Part shown: positions 54,623-64,000 of the stretch, in pieces
How positions within the stretch are numbered: the first letter of the stretch is position 1
How the letters are laid out: the number at the start of each line of letters is the position of its first letter
Assembly (NCBI RefSeq): GCF_036321535.1
Contig: NC_087437.1
Location: 27,964,001-28,028,000, forward strand
DNA from: Camelus dromedarius
Lineage: Eukaryota
Length of the DNA: 64,000 nt
Direction of reading: 5' to 3'
Translations under genes and position numbers: made by a program
Notes under the pieces: model-generated
What the model was told of the DNA's origin: nothing
What the model saw: the letters and a program-made list of their open reading frames with translations, nothing else
Database searches by the model: none

Positions 54623-55736
54623 AAATAGCCAACAGATACATGAAAAAGTATTCACTGTCACTAATCATCAGCGTCAAAACCAGAATGAGATATCACCTCA
54701 CACCTATTAAGATGACTGTTTTCAAAAAGACAAAAGACAGATCCTAGTGAGGATGTGGAGAAAAGAGAACCCTGGTACACTGTTGGTAGGAGTGTACACT
54801 GGTACTGCCGCTGGAAAACAGTATGGAGGTTCCTCAAGAAATTGAAAGAAAGAAAGTCTCTTAATGATGAAGTTTAATTTTCACATACCTATTTTTATCT
54901 GAGAAAGTTTTGCTTTTTGATAAGAGAATTATTGACCACAATTTCTATTATTAATATCTATTACTATGACTTACTACTAATTTTCATCCTAGTTTTTTAA
55001 AACTAAAGTATATATTTTAAGAAAGAAACTGTTGAGAGAGACAGAGACAGAGATACAGAGAGAGAGAGAGAGAGAGAGAAATGGATAGGTGATCTTTAAA
55101 CATTCTCCCCTGGACCTTAAACTGCTATTTAATCCTGTCCAATGCCTTTTCCCTACTGTCAAATAATAAGACAAAGACTATATGAAAATTTGTATTGTTT
55201 TGTTTTAATGCTGTGTTGATTGCCAGACAGAGTACCATTAACAGACAAGAAATTCACTGAGTCATTTTTAGAGAAGGAAAAGTAGATATTTTTAAGAACC
55301 AAAGACTGAAAGGACAATGGCTGTGGTAATTGTGAATTGAAAACTAACTCTCCAGGTAGTACTGATGAGTCCCCAAGTCTGTATATAAGTCCCCTTGATC
55401 ATTAGGAAAGAATCTCCAGTTAAATTCAGGTCAGAGTTACTTAAAATTCATGGTTCTTTAAGAGAATTAGTGTTAGAAGTGTTGCAGTGAAACACAGCAT
55501 TAAATTTTTATTTTCTCCTGGGCATGTAGAGCTGTAACTTAAAATTTTTCCTTTTATACCACCCAGCTTCTATGTTGGAATTCCCTTGACAACACAGCAG
55601 AAGGTGATTATCCAAATTCTTTTTCTTGCTTTCTAGGAAGTAGAACAGTGGCAAAGACACAATTTTACATTAAAGTGAGCAGAATTAGCTTAAGGACATG
55701 CATGGGACATCTTCATTTCTGATATTATTCAGTAGG

Positions 55737-56210
55737 GTTATTTAATAACATACCAATTGAAGTTATATATTAACCAAAATAGGATTTGAAAGAGCAAGTT
55801 ATATATTAAACTGAGAAATAACACTTTAAAAATTGGATGTACAAAGTCTGCTTCAGTGTATTTTATTTTACAAAGTCCTTTATCCTTCCCCAGTTTACCA
55901 AACAAGTATTAGCAGATCTAATACTTGGTGCAACAAAGTTTTCCATTATTCACTCCAGAACTACTCCAATCACTACATAGCACTTAAGATAATCAATTTG
56001 CATGTAATTACTTAGCTTTTATTAAAGATTCAATAAGATAATAGAAATATATCATAAAAGATGCAGCAGAACTTTTTAATGAATCCCTTTGTTTTCCTCT
56101 CTTCTAGGGGCAATGTCCTTCTACTCTATTTTTCAGAATCTTTGAGAAGTAACATACACGTCTCCAGATTTGACATGACTGGTCAGAATGTGAGTATTCA
56201 CTTTTATAAA
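55737..56210 (+). promoter_or_regulatory. Candidate promoter of the AADAC-like gene: HNF1-like sites and TATA box
   Basis: GTTATTTAATAAC 55737-55749, GTTATATATTAAC 55762-55774 and GTTATATATTAAA 55798-55810 resemble GTTAATNATTAAC. TATAAA at 56205-56210, ~200 bp before the ATG. Confidence 0.35.
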
Positions 56211-56407
56211 CTGCACACTGAAACTTGAGCTCTCAGCAGCAGCACCAGTCCTTAGTGCCTGCCATGTGATAACCTGTTGTGCTAATGAGCAAACTCTGGG
56301 GGCCAGAAATGATGTAATTCTGGGTGGGGTTTGCCCCTGTCTATTTAGTCTCAGGCACTGAAACGAGGTATAATATTGTCTTGTTTAAGAAACGGAACAG
56401 TTGCAAT

Positions 56408-56545
56408 ATGGGGAAAAAATTCTTTGACTCCCTGATATTGGGACTCCTTATAGCAAATTATATTTATGAACCTCTCCCAGACAATGTTGAAGAACCATGG
56501 AAAATTATGCTGTTAAATGCTATTTTTAAAACGACGTCATATCTG
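56408..56545 (+). CDS. Exon 1 of an AADAC-like arylacetamide deacetylase family gene (rest outside the window; functional status unknown)
   Basis: MGKKFFDSLILGLLIANYIYEPLPDNVEEPWKIMLLNAIFKTTSYL, then donor GTAAGT at 56546. It matches the recalled AADAC N-terminus (YIYTPLPDNVEEPW) and has the same 138-bp, phase-0 structure as the exon at 7291. Confidence 0.88.
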
Positions 56546-59350
56546 GTAAGTGAAAACATTTATTCATCAAGAGAGGAAAGTTTTCTAAGATTCTAGTTTT
56601 GTTTTGTCTTTTCAAGTTCTACATTTGCCTTGGCTTCCTATTGTCAAATTTGCTGATTACTATATCTCTGAATGACCTCAAAGCAGACCACTAACAAGAT
56701 GACCAAGGAGACATTCAGGTTATATTTCTAAAATGATCTATTCTAGTAGCAGTAAAGTAAAAATATGTGTGTGACAATTTTTATTTTACTTTTTCTACTC
56801 TTGTGTGATTTTAAAATTTCATACAAAGCTCAGGAGGCATATGTTTGAGCTACTCTGTAGTTAACCATGACATTTAAACATTAATAATGGATTTGGAGTA
56901 TATACTATAGACATGCAAGTAGGTTCTTATGCTATAGATTGGCTGACTACGAATGCCTAATAAAAACCATGAGAGGTGTAGTTAGTGGCAATGGATTATT
57001 GCCACTAGATCTATTATCTCTATTATGACTACTTCACTGGGACCCTGACCCAGTTTATTCCTCTAACCCTCTCACTACAAAATTAACTTCCTTTCACTGT
57101 CTATCTCTCTCTGTCTCTCCATTATGTATATAACAGTAATCAGCAAAGATTGTTTGGTGGTAGAGATTGAAAAATGCTAGTGTGCTGACTGGAAGAAATC
57201 TTTGATCTCAACATACATATTTCCAAGAATTGAGAGCTCACTACCATTTTACATAGCTCATTCCATTTTTGAAAAAAAAATTAATTTAAATAAATTTTAT
57301 TTTTTGAATAGTAATACATCCATATAGTTCAAAAATCAAAACAATATGAAAAAGGTATGCACCGAGACATCCTGATCCTATTCCTTTCTTTATCCCTTCT
57401 ATTCTCAGCCCCATCTTCTGTAGAGCACCAGTTTTATTAGCTTCTTGTCATTCATCCTGGGGATTCTTTGTACAAGTAATACCAATAATAATGAATACAG
57501 TAATAAAAAGATAAATTCTTATCCCCCTTTCATTCTTACATAAGCAACATAAATATTCTATTGTGGTTTTTACATTTTTAATTTAATTGTATGTCCTATA
57601 GATGTTTCCACGTCTTCACATATAAAGCCCCCTCATTCTTTTACATGCTATAAGGGATTCATTATGTGTACAAACCATAGTTCATTTAAGGACTACTTGA
57701 GGTGTAAACTTTTGTTCTTTTTAGCATTTTGTTATCACAAACAATAAAATGATAATACTTAAAAAAAACAATTGGATGCCAGGTTTTGTCTATGATAAAT
57801 CTATGAAGCAGGATTGTTGAGCCAGTTGGAATTTTGCTAATTATTGCAAAATTGCCCTATAACAATTTCCCACTCCTACCAAAAAGGTATGAAAATTTCC
57901 ATGTTCTGTCAGCTTCTCAACAAAGTATATTGTAATTTTTCTCAATTTTGTTTTATCAACAGAAATGATATACTGTATCTTAGTACAACTTTATTTTGTG
58001 TTTCTCTTAGTAAGAGTAAGTTCTAGAATCCTTCATGTTTAAGAGCTACTTGTATTTCTTTTCTTTGAACTACCTGAAAAGCTGCATTATCCCAATTTTT
58101 AATGGGGTTTTTGTTCTTTCTTATTTCTTTCCATACTAGGGATTAGGCTTTTGTGAAAGGAAGTGCAAATTCTGTTTTCGGTTAGTTTTTAATAGGAATA
58201 TAATAAATTGGCCATGATAAAGTATTTTTTATTCTTTGTTTAAGAAATATAATTTTCTCGATGTTTAAATTATATCTTCTAGACTTTGATAAGCAGTTGG
58301 AAAGGCCTTCCCCAGGATTACAGTAGAATTCACCCATAGTCTCTTCCAGTACTTTTCTTTTTACATTTAAATCTTGCTCAACTGAAATTTATATTAATAA
58401 AAAATAAGAGGTATAGAATGAACTTTACTTTCTCCAGCTTGCTATCCAGTATCATTTCTTCATTTCTTTTAAAGTCTCTAGTGATTAGAGATTTGTATAA
58501 AAGATGAATGCAAATCAGGCCTCTGAGAAGGAGCCACCTACTTATCTATCAAAATACATCAGATGTAGGTAGGTGAAGTGAAGAGTATAGAGCTCTAAGA
58601 AAAAGGTTGATGGTGCACTCAATGCAAAAGGGCTACATTCCTTTAAATGCACAGCGGGTGGCCAAAATGAGAGCAGAATTAGCAATCTAGGAGTTCCATA
58701 CTCAAGAAAGCTAGAAAACTGCCATAGGAGCCTACCATGAACCCAAATCAGGATTTTTTCATATAGTTAAAGGTTCATTTGCATTTATACAAATATTCAC
58801 CAATTCAGGGAATACCTATGAATTCCAAATTTTCAGCTGTGATAAAAGTCCCCAAATTGTTCGGGGAAATAATTTTAGAATGTAAATGGTAACCAAAATC
58901 TAGATTTTGTCTTACTCTAATAGATGTTAATGATTAATTGTGTTTCCAGGCACAAATCAAGACTCTTCTCAAGAGTTAGAGAAGATATTCTAGTTTTGAT
59001 TTGTATGATTCTTGCCAAATTTATCTCCCCTTATGAACAAATGTCTTTCTTTCTTTCTAAGAATCCTGGAATCTGCTCACAAACTTAGAATGTCAGGTTT
59101 TGATGTCTCTGACATTATGGACACTGAGGAGTTCTAGCGGAATAGAAAGGCAACAAATTTGATGTGCTCCATCTAGATAACATAACCTGACCCCCCAAAA
59201 GTATAATTTATGAAATGTACTGTTATTGAACATTGGGGAACAAAAGGCCACCAAATAAATTTAACTTTTTGCTGTAGAAAAACAACTTGCTAACCTGTGA
59301 CCAAACCTGCTGTAAATCAATGTAGCGCATTACTATAGCCATTTACATTT

Positions 59351-59448
59351 ATTTTTTTTAACATTTTTTATTGATTTATAATCATTTTACAATGTTGTGT
59401 CAAATTCCAGTGTTCAGCACAATTTTTCAGTCATTCATGGACATATAT
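59351..59448 (-). mobile_element. ~100-bp L1 3'-end insertion
   Basis: Reverse complement of the same L1 3' terminus. TSD CCATTTACATTT at 59339-59350 and 59449-59460. Confidence 0.88.
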
Positions 59449-59898
59449 CCATTTACATTTAAAACAGTTTATTGAAGGCACCCCCGCCCCCCAGCATTTC
59501 TCACTGGCAGGAGCACCACCTGTATAAAGGAAAGCAGGAGAGAGCTATGAAGTGGGAAGGGGCCAATTTGTCTGCTAACTTCACGACAGTCACTAAGCTA
59601 TTAGTCAGGGGGCCCTTAGATTCTCCTAAGAAGCTCAGGAAACAGAAACTTTCCCAGTTAGCCTTTAAGCTGAGTCATACTGCTGCTATTGTGTGACATG
59701 TCCGGGAATGCTTGCATGAGACTAAGGAAGTATCAGATGGCTTCACCTTTGTAACTGCCAGCTTTGTTGCAGTTTTTATAGGTGCACTGGTGTTCATGAT
59801 AAGGACTGGCATATATGCTCCATTATGGGAGCAAAATATTAGTCTAGCCCCTGACCTGTGCACCGATACCATCCACATGTGTATATCAAAGTACACAT

Positions 59899-62512
59899 CA
59901 GAGCTGGCTATATAATTTGTCGAGTCCAGTGCAAAATAAAAATGCAAGAACCCTTGTACAAAAGGTAGGGAAAAAAGCACAAAGATATTAAAACATAAAG
60001 CTTTTTCCCTTAAAGACATTTTATTACTCATGAAATATGATAGGGGTAATAGTGATACATGAATAATAACATAAAGTTACAAATTTCAAAAAAAAGCTTG
60101 ATGTAAGTTACATATTACAGTGAATGATAAATAATTTATTAATGTAATGTTTTGATTGATCACAAGGTTTTTCTGGCTTGCTTTTCTATAAATTTATTAA
60201 GTAAATAAAATATACTTTTAGCAACTTCATTTTCAGTTCATGTAATTGAAAGTGAAATCAGTTGCTTTTGACAAATACAAGATCACAATTTTAATAATCT
60301 TTGCATATCTTGGATATTAACCCTGTATTAGTTATATCATTTGCAACTGTCTTCTCCCATTCTGTCTTGCTGATAGATTCCTTCAGTGTGCAAAAGCTTT
60401 TTAGCTTGATTTATTTTTGCTTTTGTTTCCCTTGCCTGAATAGACATATCCAAAAAATATTGTTAATAAGACTGATGTCAAAGAGCATACTGCCTGTGTT
60501 TTCTTTTAGGAGTTTTATGGTTTCAGGTCTTACATTTTGCATGTAGCTCTTGCATGTAGCTCTTGTTTCCCCAATACCATTTATTGAAGAGGCTATCTTC
60601 TCCCCATTGTATATTCTTGCCTCCTTTGTCATAAATTAATTGCCCATATAAGTGTGGGTTTATTTCTAGGCTCCGTATTCTATTCCATTGATGTATACAT
60701 CGGATTTTTTTCCCCAGTATCATACTGTTTTGATTACTATAGCTTTGTAGTGTGTTTTGAAATCAGGGGGCATGATGACTCCAGCTTTGTTCATCTTTCT
60801 CAGGATTGTTTTGGCTCTTTTGGGTCTTTTGTGTTCTCATACAAATTTTAGAGTTCTTTGTTCTAGTTCTGTGAGAAGTGCCATTAGGATTGCATTGATT
60901 CTGCAAGTTGCCTTAGGGAGTATGGTCATTTATACCAGTATCAGTTCTTGCAATCTATAAGCACAATATCTCTTTCCATATGTTTGTATCATCTTCAATT
61001 TATTTCATCAATGTCTTATGGTTTTCCAGTACAAGTCTTTTAGCTCCTTGGTTAGATTTATTTCTTGGTATTTTATTCTTTTTGATTCAATTGTAAATTG
61101 AATTGTTTTCTTAATTTCTCCTCATAATTTGCTGTTAGTGTATAGAATTGCAGTAGATTTCTGGTTATTAATTTTGTATCCTGCAACTTTACTGAATTCA
61201 TTTATTAGTTCTAATAGTTTTTTGGTGGCATCCTTACAATTTTCTCTATATAATATGCCATCTGCATACAGTGACAGTTTTATTTCTTCTGTTCTAATTT
61301 GGATTCCTTTTATTTCCTTTTCTCTTCTGGTTGCTATAGCTTGTATTTCCAATAGTATTTTGAATAAAAGTAGTGGGAGTGGGTATCTTTATCTTGTTCC
61401 TGGTCTTAGAGAAAATGCTTCATGTTGATTATGACATTGGCCGTAGGTTTGACATATATGGCCTTTATTACATTGAAATATATCCCTCTATACCTACTTT
61501 GTTGAGCGTTTTTATCATAAATGGATATTGAATCTTGTCAAAAGCTTTTTCTGCATCTATTGAGATGATCATATGATTTTTATTCTTTAATTTGTTAATG
61601 TAGTGTATCACACTGATTGACTTGCAGATATGGAGCCATTCTTGCATCACTGGAATTATTTTGCCAATGCAGCTGTTAGTAGAGCTATGAAGAGTATTTT
61701 ATAGGCTGTGACAACATTGTGATACATTTCTGATCAATTATTTCAAAATATAAATTTCAGTAAATCTAGAGCTGATGATTCTTATAAAACAATTTTTCTT
61801 AAAAGATTTAATTCTTCATACAAATCAGTTTTATGTAAGTCTGAATTTAACTTTAAATGTACATTTATAGAGTGGAATTTTAATGTTTCCTCTGACATTA
61901 CCAATAATTTGGGGAGGTTGTATAAGAAACTGAAAGTAGCTTCATGGTTCGCATATAATTCAAAATACCTGTTTATGTGTTTAGTTGCTTTATGCTCAAT
62001 TTAAAAGAAGATTAATTTTTAAATGTCTTCCTCATTAACTCACCCAAAGCTTCATATGACAGTAGTGGTCTTTTCTAACAAATACAGCAATCTTTAAATT
62101 TATTTTCAATTTCTGAGCCCGTGGATATTTGCTTTGCAGTGTTGTAGCAGTTTTCAAAACCAGAGATCAAATAATTTGAAGAATTCTAATAATTTCTGCT
62201 GTTCTTAATTGCAATGTCTATGTTTACACTTTTATTTTGTAATAATCTAATGACAGTTTAATTGGTTAAACACTGTCCTGTCCCAGTGCTTAAGCAAGAG
62301 ATTTAATATTTGTGGCATCTAAGGATGAACGGACACGTCAGCTTCCCATAACGATCCCTATACTGCACCCTTGCAGAGCCTCTCCTTTCTCCCAGTTCCT
62401 GGCCTCAGCCAGTCCCACCGTGCTGTACACTGCACACCTGCTAGGTGGTCAGGCCAGTTGATCTGAGCACACACTGAGCACACACACTGCTGCCTACTGT
62501 GCCTACCAGCCT
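59899..62512 (-). mobile_element. hAT-Tip100 (MER45/Zaphod-like) DNA transposon fossil, split by an L1
   Basis: MER45-like terminus cagagctggctatataatttg...ccagtgcaaaataaaaatg at 59899. Minus-strand transposase C-terminal remnant ESSALDLLKFIF*...[13 protein letters not shown] at 61661-61782, continuing as KIIKN...ENEVAKSI...KQARKTL* below 60300. Right end is approximate. Confidence 0.65.
60301..61655 (-). mobile_element. L1 ORF2 fragment with internal deletions
   Basis: Minus-strand ORFs [26 protein letters not shown] and [11 protein letters not shown]...[17 protein letters not shown]. Confidence 0.9.
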
Positions 62513-62559
62513 GAGCATCTAAAATAGTGTCATTTAACTTACTTCTGTTATTGGTAAAT

Positions 62560-63450
62560 TACATCATCTCTTTATTTCTGATTAGTCTGATTAGAGGGTG
62601 ATCAATTGTATGGTTTCTTTTCAAAGAATCAATCTTTAGTTCTTTTTTAGTTCTCTTTACCTGTTTTCCTTTTTATTGATTTTTGGATTTTTTCCCTCTT
62701 TAGTCTTTCCTCCATACTTTTGAGTTTAATTTTCTAATCTAACTCTAAATTCTTAGTGGAGGAAGCTTAGATCACTCCCCTTAGACCTTTCTTCTCTTCT
62801 AATATATTTATTTAAAGCTATACATTTTATTCCAATCAGTGCTTTATCTGCATTCTACAAATTTTGTTATGCTATGGTTTCATTTTCAATTGGTTCAAAA
62901 TATTTTTTTTTCAATTTGTCCAGATGTATCTCTTCCTTGACCAATGAGTTATTTAAAAGTTTGTTGTTTAATTTCCCCATAAATAATTATGTTTCTGATT
63001 TTTATTTTAATTATAGTATGGACAGAGAACATACTCTGTATGATTTTAATCCTTTTTAACTTGTTGAGATTTTCTTTCCCAAATTTGTCATGTGATATGT
63101 CTTTTTTCTTTTTTTCATGTGGCATATCTTTGTGAAAGTTCTACATGCAGTTGAAAAGAATGTGTATTTCTGCTGTCATTGGAATGTCCTCAATATGTTG
63201 ATTAATTCTTTTGGGTTGATAGAGTTTTTCAAATTTTCTATATGCTTACCATTTTCCTATTTACTTTGTCAATTAATGAGATAGGAGTGCCAATTTCCAA
63301 CGGATAATTCTGGATATTTCTATTTCTCCTTTCAGTTTTTTCAGTTCTTATTTCCTGTATTATGAAGCCCTATTAGTGTATACATACACATTTTAGGATT
63401 GCTATGTCTGCTTGGAGAACTAACCTTTTTGTCATTATGATTCCTGATAA
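62560..63450 (-). mobile_element. Old L1 ORF2 (endonuclease-region) fragment
   Basis: T-rich antisense L1 signatures (gcattctacaaattttg, gaaaagaatgtgtatt). Confidence 0.65.
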
Positions 63451-63483
63451 TAAGCCTTTTTTTCAGAAGCGTCTATGATCATA

Positions 63484-63679
63484 CAGTTATGTCTCATTAT
63501 CAGAGGGGGCAGGGGTTGGTTGCAGGAGCCCCCTCAGATACCAAAATCTGTGGATGCTCAGGTATCTTATATAAAATTGTATAGAACAATGAATGCAGTC
63601 ATTCCTCCTATCAGTGGGTTTTGCAAACGTGGTTTCAACCAGTCTGAGATCTAAACCCTAAGTTATAGAGGGCTGACTG
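63484..63679. mobile_element. MER2-like Tigger-derived non-autonomous element
   Basis: TA-flanked CAGT...ACTG ends; cagataccaaaatctgtggatgctca core. Confidence 0.75.
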
Positions 63680-64000
63680 TATTTTGCTTTCTTAACATAA
63701 CTGTATTAAGATTTCTCTTTTACCATCATTTTAATAAAATTTGGAGAAATAAGGGGAGATTAAAATAGTGCTTATTCCACCATCTTGTCATATAAACCAT
63801 TCCTTTTAAATTATATACTTGAAAAATGAGTACTTTTGTTCCTTGGAGCCCCAGTCATTCTAGGCCTTTCATAAAACAAATATTAAAGTCTTTTGTCTAT
63901 CAAATCGTTAGTCTGTTTCTTATTTTTTGTGAGTTTGTTTGTATTCTAGATACTAGTATTTTCTTATTTAAAGTATTGCAAGTATCATTATTCACATTGT

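Larger units (their letters stand above)
52015..54850 (-). mobile_element. L1 with inverted 5' part (antisense 52015-52822, sense 52823-54850), interrupted by three LTRs
   Basis: Antisense 3' UTR/ORF2 end, then sense ORF2 (INKWDYIKLKSCCAAKEAI) which resumes at 54623 after the LTR insertion. Confidence 0.8.

Overview
AT-rich, repeat-dense mammalian genomic DNA, probably camelid (inferred from two Vic-1-like tRNA-derived SINEs). It is part of the arylacetamide deacetylase (AADAC) family cluster. It contains: (i) an unprocessed AADACL2-like pseudogene on +, with exons 1-4 at 7291-17227, two nonsense codons, two frameshifts, a destroyed HGGG motif and no detectable exon 5; (ii) an open exon 1 of an AADAC-like paralogue at 56408-56545, with no exon 2 in the window; (iii) an orphan CpG-island promoter at ~23.6-24.2 kb with splice signals pointing both ways; (iv) a ~4.25 kb HAUS2 processed pseudogene, apparently with its whole 3' UTR, inserted in a decayed ERV1; (v) many nested retroelements with readable target-site duplications (TSDs), including two 5'-inverted L1s, a tailless U6 snRNA retrocopy and LTR-in-LTR-in-L1 nesting; (vi) a hAT transposon fossil. 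Homology calls are from recalled protein and repeat sequences, not database searches. No clearly novel multi-gene system is demonstrable. The orphan CpG island is the best candidate for something undescribed.
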